Assembly: GCA_963742735.1 (NCBI GenBank)
Contig: CAVUMN010000003.1
Span: 640,001-704,000 of the forward strand
Source: an uncultured Actinomycetes bacterium
GTDB taxonomy: Bacteria; Actinomycetota; UBA4738; JBBDTT01
Length of the DNA: 64,000 nt
Reading direction: 5' to 3'
Positions 51,726-63,007 of the stretch are shown piece after piece. The position numbers and the translations under genes were made by a program. Each line of letters begins with the position of its first letter. The first letter of the stretch is position 1. The notes beneath the pieces are model-generated. The model saw only the letters and a program-made list of their open reading frames with translations. It ran no database searches and was not told the origin of the DNA.

Positions 51726-52613
51726 ATGGAGAACGAGACCGGGACGTTCCGCGTCAAGTCCGGCCTGGCCGAGATGCTCAAGGGCGGCGTCATCATGGAC
51801 GTCACCACGGCCGAGCAGGCCAAGATCGCCGAGGACGCCGGCGCGGTCGCCGTGATGGCGCTGGAGCGGGTCCCCGCCGACATCCGCGCCGAGGGCGGCG
51901 TGGCCCGCATGGCGGATCCGACCAAGGTCTCCGAGATCATGGAGGTCGTCTCGATCCCGGTGATGGCCAAGTGCCGGATCGGCCACTTCGTCGAGGCCCA
52001 GATCCTGCAGGCCCTCGGGGTCGACTACGTCGACGAGAGCGAGGTCCTCACGCCCGCCGACGAGCAGTTCCACGTCAACAAGTGGGACTTCACCGTCCCG
52101 TTCGTGTGCGGCGCGCGCGACCTGGGCGAGGCCCTGCGCCGGATCGCCGAGGGCGCGGCCATGATCCGCACCAAGGGCGAGGCCGGCACCGGCAACGTGG
52201 TCGAGGCCGTCCGCCACCACCGATCGATCGCGACGGGGATCGCCAGGCTCCAGGGAGCCCGCGACGAGGAGCTCGTGTCGATGGCCCGCGACCTGGGCGC
52301 GCCGCTGGAGCTGGTCCGCCAGGTCGCGCAGGCCGGCAAGCTGCCGGTCGTGAACTTCGCCGCCGGCGGGCTGGCCACGCCGGCCGACGCGGCGCTGATG
52401 ATGCAGCTGGGCGTGGACGGCGTCTTCGTCGGCTCGGGCATCTTCAAGTCCGAGGACCCGGCGCCGCGGGCCCGGGCGATCGTCGAGGCCACGACCTACT
52501 TCAACGACCCGGACCAGCTCGCGAAGATCTCCCGCGGGCTCGGCGAGCCGATGCCCGGCCTGGAGATCTCCACCCTCGGTGAGGACGGGCTGCTCCAGAC
52601 GCGAGGCTGGTAG
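51726..52613 (+). CDS. pdxS: PLP synthase subunit PdxS
   Basis: [20 protein letters not shown]. Confidence 0.98.
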   Translation: MENETGTFRVKSGLAEMLKGGVIMDVTTAEQAKIAEDAGAVAVMALERVPADIRAEGGVARMADPTKVSEIMEVVSIPVMAKCRIGHFVEAQILQALGVDYVDESEVLTPADEQFHVNKWDFTVPFVCGARDLGEALRRIAEGAAMIRTKGEAGTGNVVEAVRHHRSIATGIARLQGARDEELVSMARDLGAPLELVRQVAQAGKLPVVNFAAGGLATPADAALMMQLGVDGVFVGSGIFKSEDPAPRARAIVEATTYFNDPDQLAKISRGLGEPMPGLEISTLGEDGLLQTRGW

Positions 52614-53171
52614 TGAAGGCCGGCGTCCTGGCGCTTGCAGGGCGACTTCCGCGAGCACGCCGGGGTCCTTCGCGACGCTCGGCGCGACGCCCCTCGAGGT
52701 CCGCACGGCCGCCGATCTGGCCGAGGTGAGCTGCCTGGCGATCCCCGGGGGCGAGTCGACCACGATCGCGAAGCTCGCCCGCGCCTACGAGCTGGTCGAG
52801 CCGATCCGGGAGCGGATCCTGGCCGGCATGCCCGTCCTGGGGACGTGCGCGGGGCTCATCGTCCTGGCGCAGCGGGTGATCGGCGGTGCGAGCCGCTGCT
52901 CTCGGTGCTGGACGTCGAGGTCCGTCGCAACGCCTACGGGCGGCAGGTGGACTCCTTCGAGGCCGACGTGCGCCTCTCCGACGGCGAGGTCGTCCGGGGC
53001 GCGTTCATCCGAGCGCCCGTGATCGAGTCGGTGGGCCGGCGCGTCGAGGTCCTGGCCGAGCACGGCGGTTCCCCGGTGGTCGTCGAGCAGGCAGGGCTGC
53101 TCGGGACGACGTTCCACCCGGAGCTCGCCGGCGACGGCCGGCTGCACGCCCGGATGCTGGAGCGCGCCTAG
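52613..53171 (+). CDS. pdxT: PLP synthase glutaminase PdxT (frameshifted)
   Basis: QGDFREH, PGGEST, GTCAG, RNAYGRQ, FHPE across frames. Confidence 0.92.
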
Positions 53172-53927
53172 ATGTCCGGCCACTCCAAGTGGGCAACGAT
53201 CAAGCGGAAGAAGGGGGCGGCCGACGCCGCGCGCGGCAAGATGTTCTCCAAGCTCCTGCGGGCGATCGAGGTCGCCGCGCGCGAGGGGGGCGGCAGCATC
53301 GAGGGCAACATGACCCTGGCCTCCGCCGTCGAGAAGGCCCGGGACTTCTCGGTCCCCATGGACAACATCGAGCGCGCGATCAAGCGCGCCACCGGCGACC
53401 TGGAGGGGGTCCGCTACGAGAGCGCGATGTACGAGGGTTACGGCCCCGGAGGCGTGGCGATGCTGATCGAGGTCCTCACGGACAACCGCAACCGGTCGGG
53501 CGCCGACATCCGCCATGCGTTCGGCAAGTTCGGGGGCAACCTGGGCGACCCCGGCAGCGTCGCCTGGATGTTCAACCGTCAGGGGATCCTGGCCATCGAG
53601 AAGGCGGGCGCGCCCGACGAGGACCGGCTCCTGGAGGTCGTGACCGAGGCCGGCGCCGACGACCTGACCGACCGCGAGGACCTGTGGGAGGTGGTGGCGT
53701 CGCCGCAGGCGTTCCGCGGCGTGAAGGAGGCCCTTGAGACGGCCGGCGTGGCTCTGGCGTCGGCCGAGATCACCATGCACCCCACCAACACGGTGCCGGT
53801 CGGGGCCGAGCAGGCGCGCTCAGTCCTGCGGCTGCTGGAGGCCCTGGAGGACCTCGACGACGTCCAGAACGTCTACTCGAACTTCGACATCCCGGACGAC
53901 GTCATGGCGGAGGCCACGGCGGGCTGA
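53172..53927 (+). CDS. yebC: YebC/PmpR family protein
   Basis: MSGHSKWATIKRKK, YEGYGPGG. Confidence 0.97.
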   Translation: MSGHSKWATIKRKKGAADAARGKMFSKLLRAIEVAAREGGGSIEGNMTLASAVEKARDFSVPMDNIERAIKRATGDLEGVRYESAMYEGYGPGGVAMLIEVLTDNRNRSGADIRHAFGKFGGNLGDPGSVAWMFNRQGILAIEKAGAPDEDRLLEVVTEAGADDLTDREDLWEVVASPQAFRGVKEALETAGVALASAEITMHPTNTVPVGAEQARSVLRLLEALEDLDDVQNVYSNFDIPDDVMAEATAG

Positions 53928-53944
53928 ATCGTTCGGCGACATGA

Positions 53945-53990
53945 TTGATTCGGGTCCCGGCGGGCCCTAGGCTCCTGAACATATGTTCGA
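53945..53990 (+). promoter_or_regulatory. ruvC promoter with LexA box over the start codon
   Basis: TTGATT-N17-TAGGCT; CTGAACATATGTTCGA at 53975-53990. Confidence 0.8.
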
Positions 53991-54486
53991 TGGACTCGTG
54001 CTCGGCGTGGACCCTGGGATCGCCGCCACGGGCGTCGCCGCGGTCCGCCGCGACGGCTCCCGGCCCCGCGTCGAGTGGGCGGTGACCGTGCGGACGCCGG
54101 CGGGTCAGGACGAGGCCGCCCGGCTCCGGCACATCCACGAGGCCATCGCCGACGCCATCCGTACGTGGAGCCCGGCCTCGGTGGCGATCGAGCGGCTGGC
54201 CTGGGGCCGCAACGTCGTGAGCGCGATGTCCGTGGCCCGGGCGTCCGGGGTCGTCCTCCTTGCCGCCGCCCAGGCCGGCCTGTCGGTGACCGAGTACCCG
54301 CCCACCGAGGTCAAGCTCGGGATCACGGGGTCGGGGAGCGCCGGCAAGGAGCAGGTTCGCCGGGCCCTGGACCGACTGCTGGGCGTGACCGGGACCCCGC
54401 TCGAGCCCGACGCCGCCGACGCCGTGGCCGTCGCCGTGTGCCACCTGCATCAGTCGCCGCTGCGAGCCCTGGTGGCGCGGTCGTGA
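53983..54486 (+). CDS. ruvC: Holliday junction resolvase RuvC
   Basis: [17 protein letters not shown]. Confidence 0.95.
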   Translation: MFDGLVLGVDPGIAATGVAAVRRDGSRPRVEWAVTVRTPAGQDEAARLRHIHEAIADAIRTWSPASVAIERLAWGRNVVSAMSVARASGVVLLAAAQAGLSVTEYPPTEVKLGITGSGSAGKEQVRRALDRLLGVTGTPLEPDAADAVAVAVCHLHQSPLRALVARS

Positions 54487-55058
54487 TCGCGTTCGTCTCG
54501 GGGAAGATCGCCACGAAGGCCGCCGACCGGGTGGTGGTCGACGTCGGCGGGGTGGGCTACGAGGCCCTGACCTCGACGACGACGCTCAAGGCCCTTCCGC
54601 CGGTCGGGCGGACCGCGCACCTGTTCACGCACCTCCACGTCCGCGACGACGCCATGACGCTCTACGGGTTCGCCGACACCGACGAGCGCACGGTGTTCAC
54701 GCACCTGCTGGGGGTGACCGGGGTGGGGCCCAAGGTGGCGCTGGCCATCCTGTCGGTCCTGTCCCCGCCCGCGTTCCGCCGTGCCGTGGTGGCCGGCGAC
54801 GCCGACGCGATCATGGTCGTGCCCGGCGTGGGGAAGAAGGTGGCGGCGCGGGTGATCCTGGACCTGAAGGACTCGCTCGGCGCCGGTGGCGACGAGGCCG
54901 TGGGCTCGGGGCCGCTCGCGGAGGTGCGCGACGCCCTGCTCGCCCTGGGCCTGTCGGCGCAGGAAGCCCGCGACGCGCTGGCGGCCCTCCCGCCGAACGG
55001 CGACCGCCCGGTCGAGGACCTGCTGCGCGACGCGCTTCGCGGGGTGGCCCGCCCGTGA
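54483..55058 (+). CDS. ruvA: RuvA
   Basis: [22 protein letters not shown]. Confidence 0.96.
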   Translation: MIAFVSGKIATKAADRVVVDVGGVGYEALTSTTTLKALPPVGRTAHLFTHLHVRDDAMTLYGFADTDERTVFTHLLGVTGVGPKVALAILSVLSPPAFRRAVVAGDADAIMVVPGVGKKVAARVILDLKDSLGAGGDEAVGSGPLAEVRDALLALGLSAQEARDALAALPPNGDRPVEDLLRDALRGVARP

Positions 55059-56071
55059 CCGAGGAGCGCCTGGTCGATCCCGCCTACGCCGAGGAGGACC
55101 TCTCCGTCGACGTCGCCCTTCGCCCCCGCCGGCTCGACGAGTTCGTCGGCCAGGACCGGATGAAGGAACAGCTTCAGCTCCTGCTCGACGGAGCCGCGGC
55201 GCGAGGCGAGCCCGTGGACCACGTGCTGTTCTCCGGCCCTCCCGGGCTGGGGAAGACGACCCTGGCCGGCATCGTGGCCAACGAGATGGGAGTGCGCCTG
55301 CACCCCACCTCCGGGCCGGCCCTGGAGCGGGCCGGCGACCTCGCGGCGATCCTGACGAACCTCGATGTGGGCGACGTGCTGTTCGTCGACGAGATCCACC
55401 GGATGCCCCGGCCCGTCGAGGAGGTCCTGTATCCCGCGCTCGAGGACTTCAAGCTCGACATCGTGGTGGGCAAGGGCCCGTCGGCGCGGAGCATCCGCCT
55501 GGACCTGCCGCGGTTCACCATGGTCGCCGCCACGACCCGCACCGGGCTCGTGACGCTCCCGCTGCGCGAGCGGTTCGGCTTCTCGCCGCGGCTCGACTAC
55601 TACTCCGACGAGGACCTGGCCCGCATCGTGGGGCGCTCGGCGGGCATCCTGGAGGTGCCGATCGACGCGGCCGGGGCGGCCGAGATCGCCTCCCGTTCCC
55701 GGGGAACGCCTCGAATCGCCAACCGCCTGCTTCGCCGGGTGCGCGACTTCGCCCAGGTCCGGGGCGACGGCCGCGTCGACCGCGCTGTGGCCGAGCAGGC
55801 GCTCGCGCTGTTCGAGGTCGACGGCATCGGCCTGGACAAGCTGGACGTGTCGATCCTCACGACGCTCGTCCGCAAGTTCGGGGGCGGACCGGTCGGTCTG
55901 TCCACCCTGGCCGCGGCGATCGGCGAGGAGACCGAGACGCTCGAGGACGTCTACGAGCCCTACCTGCTCCAGCTGGGGTTCCTGCAGCGCACGCCGAGGG
56001 GCCGGGTGGCCACCCAGGCCGCGTTCCAGCACCTGGGCGAGCCCGCGCCGGCGGGCGACGGCCTGTTCTGA
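55055..56071 (+). CDS. ruvB: RuvB
   Basis: [25 protein letters not shown]. Confidence 0.98.
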   Translation: MTEERLVDPAYAEEDLSVDVALRPRRLDEFVGQDRMKEQLQLLLDGAAARGEPVDHVLFSGPPGLGKTTLAGIVANEMGVRLHPTSGPALERAGDLAAILTNLDVGDVLFVDEIHRMPRPVEEVLYPALEDFKLDIVVGKGPSARSIRLDLPRFTMVAATTRTGLVTLPLRERFGFSPRLDYYSDEDLARIVGRSAGILEVPIDAAGAAEIASRSRGTPRIANRLLRRVRDFAQVRGDGRVDRAVAEQALALFEVDGIGLDKLDVSILTTLVRKFGGGPVGLSTLAAAIGEETETLEDVYEPYLLQLGFLQRTPRGRVATQAAFQHLGEPAPAGDGLF

Positions 56072-56121
56072 GCCCCGGGCGCTAGAATCGAGCTCCGACG
56101 GCGGCCTGAGCCGCCGCTTCC

Positions 56122-56460
56122 ATGAAGGGACGTGTTCCATTTGATCGCGCAGGCCTCGGGGGAAACGCCCAGCTCCTCATCTCGCTGTTGCTGATGGTCG
56201 CCATCTTCTATTTCCTGCTGATCCGGCCCCAGCAGCGCCGGATGCGCCAGCAGCGTTCGCTCATCGAGGACCTCGACGTCGGTGACGAGGTCATCACGAT
56301 CGGCGGGATCGTGGGGACCATCGCCTCGGTGGAGGAGGACTGGTTCGAGGTCGAGATCTCGCCGGGCACGCGCATCCGCCTGCTCAAGAGCGCGGTGGCG
56401 CGGAAGGTGCCCGAGGAGGTTCCCGAGACCGAGGACGAGGAGGCGGACGAGTCGAAGTGA
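56122..56460 (+). CDS. yajC: Preprotein translocase YajC (true start may be TTG 56141 with a G-run indel)
   Basis: FYFLLIRPQQRR, GDEVITIGGIVG. Confidence 0.93.
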   Translation: MKGRVPFDRAGLGGNAQLLISLLLMVAIFYFLLIRPQQRRMRQQRSLIEDLDVGDEVITIGGIVGTIASVEEDWFEVEISPGTRIRLLKSAVARKVPEEVPETEDEEADESK

Positions 56461-57149
56461 CCGCGCAGGCCCAGGAGGCTGCGGGCGCCGCACCGATCAC
56501 CCTCGAGGACATCGAGAACGACCCCGTTCTCTCGAACTTCATCGCCTCCGCGGACCAGGTGATGGACGGACTCGGCTTCACCGAGCACGGGTTCCGCCAT
56601 GCGCGTCTCACGGCGAAGACCGCGTACAACCTGATCTCCCGCCTGGAGCGCGATCCGCGCGAGGCCGAGCTCGCCGCCATCGGCGGCTACCTGCACGACG
56701 TCGGGAACATGGTGGCCCGCGAGGCGCACGGCCAGGTCGGGGCGCTGCTCGTGCACGGCGTCCTGCGCGATCGCATGGAGCACCAGGAGCTGGCGCAGGT
56801 CATGGCGGCCATCGGGAACCACGAGGAGGAGGGCGGCCACGCCGCCGGCCCGGTCCCCGCGGCGGTCATCCTGGCCGACAAGGCCGACGTCCACCGCAGC
56901 CGCGTCCGCAAGGCCGAACAGATCGAGTTCGACATCCACGATCGCGTCAACTACGCGGCCGAACGCTCGTTCCTCCGCGTAGACTCGGAGGCTCGCACGG
57001 TCACCCTCGAGCTGACCATCGACACGGAGATCAGCCAGGTCATGGAGTACTTCGAGATCTTCCTGGGACGCATGGTGATGTGTCGCCGCGCGGCCGAGCA
57101 GTTGGACTGCAAGTTCAAGCTGACGATCAACGGCGCAACTCTTCTGTGA
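56457..57149 (+). CDS. HD domain phosphohydrolase
   Basis: EHGFRH, LHDVGN, GNHEE, LADKADVH. Confidence 0.88.
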   Translation: MTAQAQEAAGAAPITLEDIENDPVLSNFIASADQVMDGLGFTEHGFRHARLTAKTAYNLISRLERDPREAELAAIGGYLHDVGNMVAREAHGQVGALLVHGVLRDRMEHQELAQVMAAIGNHEEEGGHAAGPVPAAVILADKADVHRSRVRKAEQIEFDIHDRVNYAAERSFLRVDSEARTVTLELTIDTEISQVMEYFEIFLGRMVMCRRAAEQLDCKFKLTINGATLL

Positions 57150-58597
57150 GGCGCGTCCGCTCGCTCGTCCTGTCGATCGTCTTCGTCCTGCTGCTGGTGG
57201 GCGGGGTGGTAGCCGGTTTCCTGTTCGGCAACCTGCGTCCGGTGCTGGGCCTCGACCTCGTCGGCGGACTCCGCGTGGTCCTGGAGGCGCCGGAGGGCAC
57301 CTCGCTCGAGCTCATGGAGCGGACGCTTGAGACGATCCGCAACCGGGTGGACGCGTTCGGCGTGGCCGAGCCGGACATCGCCATCATCGGTGAGCGCAAC
57401 ATCGAGGTCCAGATCCCCGAGCTGGCCAAGCAGGTCGGCGGCGCCGAGGACCAGCAGCGCCTGCGGGAGCTGATCGGCTCCACCGCCCGCCTGGAGTTCC
57501 GCGAGGTGCTCGAGGGCGTCCCGAAGGGGGCCGAGGGGTACGACGCGCTCGAGGTGACGTGCCCCACGGGAGAGGTCAGCGGCGACGAGACCTGCACCAA
57601 CGAGGCCCTCGAGGGGGAGGAGGTCGTGTACCTCGGCGAGCCCGAGGACACGAAGTACCGGCTCGGTCCCGCCCGGATGACCGGCGACGCCGTGAAGAGC
57701 GCGAACGCGGTGTTCCAGACCGCCTCGGCCGGCACCACGGAAGGGGGTTGGCTGGTCGCCTTCGAGCTGACCTCCGAGGGACGCGACACGTTCGGGACGC
57801 TGACCGGCGAGCTCGTGGGCAAGCAGCTCGCCGTCGTCCTCGACCGCCGCGTGGAGTCGGCCCCCAACGTCAACGAGGCGATCACCCAGGGCACCGGCGA
57901 GATCTCCGGCAACTTCTCCGAGGCCGAGGCCAAGGACCTGGCCCTGACCCTGCAGACCGGCGCGCTCCCCGTCGAGCTCGAAACGGGCGTGGAGGAAACG
58001 GTCAGCCCGACCCTGGGCGAGGAGTCCCTGCGCCTCGGCCTGATCGCGGGGATCGCCGGCCTCATCGCCCTGGCGCTGTACCTGGCCTTCTACTACCGCT
58101 TGCTCGGGATCGTCACCTGGGTGGGCATGTCGATCTGGGCCGTGCTCGGCCTGGGGATCGTGTCGCTGCTGGGGCGATCGGTCGGCTACAGCCTCACGCT
58201 CGCCGGGATCGCGGGTTTCGTCGTCTCGATCGGCATCGCCGGCGACTCCTACATCGTGTTCTACGAGCGGCTGAAGGACGAGGTCCGTCACGGCAAGACG
58301 CCGAGGGCGGCGGTGGTTCCCGCCTTCAAACGGGCGTGGAAGACGATCCTGGCCGCCAACCTGGTCACGATCCTCGCCGCCGCCGTGCTGTACGTGCTCG
58401 CGATCGGATCGGTCCGGGGGTTCGCCCTGACGCTCGGCATCTCCACCGCGCTCGACATGTTCGTCGTGTGGACCTTCAAACGGCCGACGGTGATCCTGCT
58501 CGCTCGCAGCGACCGACTGTCGAACCTGCGGGGGTTCGGGCTCCGCTCCGGTATCGCCGCGGAGCGGGCGCCGGCGGTCGCGGGAGCGGCGAAATGA
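57146..58597 (+). CDS. secD: Protein translocase subunit SecD
   Basis: LGLDLVGG, RVDAFGVAEP, GALP, VRGFA. Confidence 0.96.
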   Translation: MRRVRSLVLSIVFVLLLVGGVVAGFLFGNLRPVLGLDLVGGLRVVLEAPEGTSLELMERTLETIRNRVDAFGVAEPDIAIIGERNIEVQIPELAKQVGGAEDQQRLRELIGSTARLEFREVLEGVPKGAEGYDALEVTCPTGEVSGDETCTNEALEGEEVVYLGEPEDTKYRLGPARMTGDAVKSANAVFQTASAGTTEGGWLVAFELTSEGRDTFGTLTGELVGKQLAVVLDRRVESAPNVNEAITQGTGEISGNFSEAEAKDLALTLQTGALPVELETGVEETVSPTLGEESLRLGLIAGIAGLIALALYLAFYYRLLGIVTWVGMSIWAVLGLGIVSLLGRSVGYSLTLAGIAGFVVSIGIAGDSYIVFYERLKDEVRHGKTPRAAVVPAFKRAWKTILAANLVTILAAAVLYVLAIGSVRGFALTLGISTALDMFVVWTFKRPTVILLARSDRLSNLRGFGLRSGIAAERAPAVAGAAK

Positions 58598-59706
58598 GCC
58601 GCCTGAGGGAGCTCTTCGGGACCTTCCGCGGCAGCCGGGAGCTCCACCTCAACATCATCGGCCGCAAGCGGTGGTGGTTCGCGCTGTCCGGCACGCTCAT
58701 GCTGGTGTCGGCGGTGGGCCTGTTCAAGCCGGGACTCACCCTCTCGATCGACTTCGAGGGCGGGGCCCGGATGTCCTACGAGACCGACGGTTCCGTCACG
58801 CCCGACGACGTCGAGCGGGTCCTCCTGCGCGAAGGCCTCGCCGGAGAGGCGACGGTGCAGATCGTCGAGGGACGGCAGGTGGAGGTTCGTCTTCCCGAGC
58901 TGAGCGACGCGGACCGGGACGAGCTGGCCGCCGCGCTGGCGGAGGATGCCGACATCGCCGCCGATCAGGTGAACGTGGAGAAGGTCAGCCCCACGTGGGG
59001 CGCCCAGATCTCGCGGAAGGCCCTCCAGGGTCTGTTGATCTTCCTGGTCCTCGTCTCGATCTACATCTCGTTCCGGTTCGAGTGGAAGATGGCGGCGGGG
59101 GCCCTGGCCACCCTGGTCCACGACCTGTTGATCAGCGCGGGCGTCTACGCCTTGGTGGGGCGGGAGGTCACGCCGGAGACCGTGATCGCGATCCTGACGA
59201 TCATGGGTTTCTCGCTGTACGACACCGTCGTGATCTTCGACAAGATCAAGGAGAACACCGAGAACCTCGCCCTGGTGGCCCGGATGGGCTACTCGGAGGC
59301 GGTGAACCTCTCGGTGAACCAGGTGTTCTGGCGGTCGGTGAACACCTCGATCACCACCCTGTTTCCGATCCTCGCGCTGCTGCTGTTCGGCGGGGACACG
59401 TTGAAGGACTTCGCGTTCGCGCTGTTCGTCGGCATCTTCCTGGGGGCGTATTCCTCTCCCTTCCTGGCGGCGCCGTTGCTGGCGGTGCTCAAGGAGCGCG
59501 AGTCCCGGTACCGGACGATCCGGGAGCGACTCACTCGGCCCGGACGGCCCCTGCGGCCGGTCGCCCCGGGCGACGGCAAGGCGGCCGAGCTGCAGCCGGC
59601 CGCGGTGTCGGCGACGCGACCGGCCCCCGCCTCCACCGCCAGGCCCTCCTCGGCCGCCGCCAGGCGCTCCGGGGCGCGGAAGAAGAAGAAGCCGAGGCGC
59701 CGGTGA
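58594..59706 (+). CDS. secF: Protein translocase subunit SecF
   Basis: IDFEGG, RFEWK, GFSLYDTVVIFDKIKEN. Confidence 0.96.
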   Translation: MSRLRELFGTFRGSRELHLNIIGRKRWWFALSGTLMLVSAVGLFKPGLTLSIDFEGGARMSYETDGSVTPDDVERVLLREGLAGEATVQIVEGRQVEVRLPELSDADRDELAAALAEDADIAADQVNVEKVSPTWGAQISRKALQGLLIFLVLVSIYISFRFEWKMAAGALATLVHDLLISAGVYALVGREVTPETVIAILTIMGFSLYDTVVIFDKIKENTENLALVARMGYSEAVNLSVNQVFWRSVNTSITTLFPILALLLFGGDTLKDFAFALFVGIFLGAYSSPFLAAPLLAVLKERESRYRTIRERLTRPGRPLRPVAPGDGKAAELQPAAVSATRPAPASTARPSSAAARRSGARKKKKPRRR

Positions 59707-60236
59707 CCACCGAGGCGAACCTCGAGCGGGTCAAGTCTCTGATCCGCGACGTCCCCGACTTCCCCGAGAAGGGGATCGTCTTCAAGGACATCACGCCCCT
59801 GCTGGGCGACGAGGCCGGCTTCTCGACCGCCATCGATCTCATGGTCGTCCACTTCGGGCGGGGGAGCGTCGACAAGGTCGTCGGGATCGAGGCGCGCGGG
59901 TTCATCCTGGCCTCGCCGGTCGCGTATCACTTCGGGGCGGGCTTCGTGCCCGTCCGCAAGCAGGGCAAGCTCCCGTGGCAGACCCACGCCGAGGAGTACG
60001 CGCTGGAGTACGGCACCGCCACGATCGAGATCCACCAGGATTCCATCGCGTCGGGGGAGCGCGTGCTGATCGTGGACGACGTGCTCGCCACCGGGGGGAC
60101 GGCCGCGGCGGCGGCCGCCCTGGTCGAGAAGCTCGGCGGGAAGGTGGTCGGCATCGCGTGTCTCATCGAGCTCACGTTCCTCCACGGCCGCGAGAAGCTG
60201 CCGGGCTACGACGTCTTCTCCCTGATCACGTACTGA
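59703..60236 (+). CDS. apt: Adenine phosphoribosyltransferase
   Basis: PDFPEKGIVFKDITP, EARGF, VDDVLATGGT. Confidence 0.97.
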   Translation: MTTEANLERVKSLIRDVPDFPEKGIVFKDITPLLGDEAGFSTAIDLMVVHFGRGSVDKVVGIEARGFILASPVAYHFGAGFVPVRKQGKLPWQTHAEEYALEYGTATIEIHQDSIASGERVLIVDDVLATGGTAAAAAALVEKLGGKVVGIACLIELTFLHGREKLPGYDVFSLITY

Positions 60237-60237
60237 C

Positions 60238-60702
60238 GTGGGCATCGTCAAGGCGATCTTCCTGGGCGCCGAGCGGGAGGCCCCGCTGGAGTCCCGGGCC
60301 GAGGTCCGGGCGGTTCCCGGCCGAGGGCTGGAGGGCGACCGCTACTTCGCGAAGACGGGCACCTACTCGAAGACCGACGGCCCGGACCGCGAGGTCACGT
60401 TCATCGAGTCCGAGGCCATCGCCGCTGCCGAGCGCGACGAGGACCTGACGATCCGGCCCGAGCTCACCCGCCGCAACATCCTCACCGAGGGGGTCGCGCT
60501 CAACCACCTGGTCGGCCGGGAGTTCCGGGTGGGGGACCTCCGGTTCCTGGGGATCCGGCTCTGCGAGCCGTGCCGGCACATGGAGGAGCTCTCCGGGGTG
60601 CCCGGCGCGCGCAAGGCGCTCGTCCACCGGGGCGGCCTGCGGGCGCAGGTCCTGGACGAGGGCGTGCTCCGCGTCGGCGACGAGGTTCGAACCGAGCCCT
60701 GA
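60238..60702 (+). CDS. MOSC domain protein
   Basis: GLEGDRY, RRNILT, CEPC, GGLRA. Confidence 0.9.
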   Translation: MGIVKAIFLGAEREAPLESRAEVRAVPGRGLEGDRYFAKTGTYSKTDGPDREVTFIESEAIAAAERDEDLTIRPELTRRNILTEGVALNHLVGREFRVGDLRFLGIRLCEPCRHMEELSGVPGARKALVHRGGLRAQVLDEGVLRVGDEVRTEP

Positions 60703-60742
60703 GCGCGGGATTCGCCATCCGCGCACCTACAATGGTTCGCAG

Positions 60743-63004
60743 GTGGCCTCGGTCGACGAACGCAAGGACGTCAAGGCCCCGGAGCGTCGGGGCGGCATCC
60801 TGTCGCGCCTTCCGTTCGTGTCCGGCCCCACCGGCGGCGCCGGCGAGGGCATCGACGGGCTCCTGCGCAAGGTTCGGGCGTACGCCCCCAAGGCCGACAC
60901 CAAGCTCATCCAGAAGGCGTACGAGTTCGCCGAGGAGGGCCACCGCGGCCAGACCCGCAAGAGCGGCGAGCCGTTCATCGAGCATCCCCTCGAGGTGGCC
61001 CACGTCCTGGCGGACCTGGGCATGGACGAGACGACGTTGGTGGCCTCGCTCCTGCACGACGTGGTCGAGGACACCTCCCACGGGCTGGACGAGATCATCC
61101 AGGAGTTCGGCACCGAGATCGCGGCGATCGTCGACGGGCTGACCAAGCTCGACAAGATCACCTACCGCTCGCGCGAGGCGGAGCAGGCCGAGAACGTCCG
61201 CAAGATGATCGTGGCGATGGCCGAGGACATCCGCGTCCTGATCATCAAGCTCGCCGACCGGCTCCACAACATGCGCACGCTGCACGCGCTGCGCCCGGAG
61301 AAGCAGCAGGAGAAGGCCATCGAGACCCTCGAGATCTACGGGCCGCTGGCGCACCGGCTGGGGATCCACCAGCTGAAGTGGGAGCTCGAGGACCTGGCCT
61401 TCGCCACCCTGCACCCCAAGCGCTTCGACGAGATCCAGAACCTGGTGGGCAAGCGCGACCACGAACGGGCGCAGTACCTCGGCACGGTGACCGAGGCCGT
61501 CCACGCCAAGCTCCGCGAGTCGAAGATCAAGGCGGACGTCGCCGGACGCCCGAAGCACCTGTGGAGCGTCTACGAGAAGATGGTGCTGCGGGGCAAGGAG
61601 TTCAGCGAGATCTACGACCTGGTCGGCATCCGGGTCCTCGTCGACTCCGTCCGGGACTGCTACGCGGCCCTCGGCGCCATCCACGCGATCTGGAAGCCCA
61701 TCCCCGGGCGATTCAAGGACTACATCGCGATGCCCAAGTTCAACATGTACCAGTCCCTGCACACGACCGTGATCGGCCCGGAGGGCCGGCCCCTCGAGAT
61801 CCAGATCCGAACCCAGGCCATGCACCGCACGGCCGAGTACGGCATCGCCGCCCACTGGCGGTACAAGGACGGCAAGGAGGTCAAGCGCGAGGAGTCCGAC
61901 CTCGCCTGGCTGACACAGATGCTCGAGTGGCAGCGGGAGACGCAGGACCCGCACGAGTTCATGCAGTCGCTGAAGATCGACCTCTACAAGGGCCAGGTGT
62001 TCGTGTACACGCCGAAGGGCGACGTCATCAACCTTCCGGCAGGATCCACGCCCATCGACTTCGCGTACTCGATCCACACCGAGGTCGGCCATCGGTGCAT
62101 CGGGGGCCGCGTCTCGGGCCGGCTGGTACCCCTCGACTACAAGCTCCAGACCGGGGACACGGTCGAGATCTTCACCTCCAAGGCCCAGGACGCGGGACCC
62201 AGCCGCGACTGGCTGAACGTGGTGGCCACGCCCCGGGCCCGCAGCAAGATCAAGCAGTGGTTCTCGCGGGAGCGGCGGGAGGACGCGCTGGAGACCGGCC
62301 GCGAGCTCCTGCAGCGGACCATGCGCCGCCAGGGCCTGACCATCAAGCGGCACGCGACCGACGACGCGATCGCCCAGGTAGCGGCGGATCTGAAGTACCC
62401 GACGCTCGACGCGCTGTTCGTGGCCATCGGGGCAGGGCACGTGTCCCCGCAGTCGGTCGTCACCCGGCTCGCGCGCCAGTTCACCGACGAGCCCGAGGCG
62501 GACGAGGCCGAGGTCAAGCTGGCCCGTCCGGTCGACATCCGCCGCGAGCCCACGCAGGGGATCGTGGTCCCGGGGGCGACCGATGTGTGGGTTCGTCTGG
62601 CCCGCTGCTGTGAGCCGGTTCCCGGCGACGAGATCGTCGGCTTCATCACCCAGGGCCAGGGGGTGTCCGTCCATCGCAGCGGCTGCCCGAACGCGGTCGC
62701 GCTCCAGGCCCGCGCCCCCGACCGGATGATCGACGTGTCATGGCGGCCCGGGAAGCCGACCTCGTTCGTGGTCTCGATCCAGGTCGAGGCGCTCGACCGG
62801 ACGCGGCTCCTTCGGGACATCGCGCAGGTCCTGTCGGATCATCACGTGAGCATCCTGGCGGCGAACACCACCGTCGGACGCGACCGCGTCGCGACCCTCC
62901 GGTTCACCTTCGAGCTCGCGGACATCGCGCACCTGTCGAGCATCCTGTCCGCGGTCAAGCGCGTGGACAGCGTGTTCGACGCGGCGCGCGTGACCCCCGG
63001 TTGA
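60743..63004 (+). CDS. relA: Bifunctional (p)ppGpp synthetase/hydrolase Rel
   Basis: HD (LHDVVEDT), synthetase (EIQIRT), TGS, CC and ACT domains. Confidence 0.97.
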   Translation: MASVDERKDVKAPERRGGILSRLPFVSGPTGGAGEGIDGLLRKVRAYAPKADTKLIQKAYEFAEEGHRGQTRKSGEPFIEHPLEVAHVLADLGMDETTLVASLLHDVVEDTSHGLDEIIQEFGTEIAAIVDGLTKLDKITYRSREAEQAENVRKMIVAMAEDIRVLIIKLADRLHNMRTLHALRPEKQQEKAIETLEIYGPLAHRLGIHQLKWELEDLAFATLHPKRFDEIQNLVGKRDHERAQYLGTVTEAVHAKLRESKIKADVAGRPKHLWSVYEKMVLRGKEFSEIYDLVGIRVLVDSVRDCYAALGAIHAIWKPIPGRFKDYIAMPKFNMYQSLHTTVIGPEGRPLEIQIRTQAMHRTAEYGIAAHWRYKDGKEVKREESDLAWLTQMLEWQRETQDPHEFMQSLKIDLYKGQVFVYTPKGDVINLPAGSTPIDFAYSIHTEVGHRCIGGRVSGRLVPLDYKLQTGDTVEIFTSKAQDAGPSRDWLNVVATPRARSKIKQWFSRERREDALETGRELLQRTMRRQGLTIKRHATDDAIAQVAADLKYPTLDALFVAIGAGHVSPQSVVTRLARQFTDEPEADEAEVKLARPVDIRREPTQGIVVPGATDVWVRLARCCEPVPGDEIVGFITQGQGVSVHRSGCPNAVALQARAPDRMIDVSWRPGKPTSFVVSIQVEALDRTRLLRDIAQVLSDHHVSILAANTTVGRDRVATLRFTFELADIAHLSSILSAVKRVDSVFDAARVTPG

Positions 63005-63007
63005 GCC

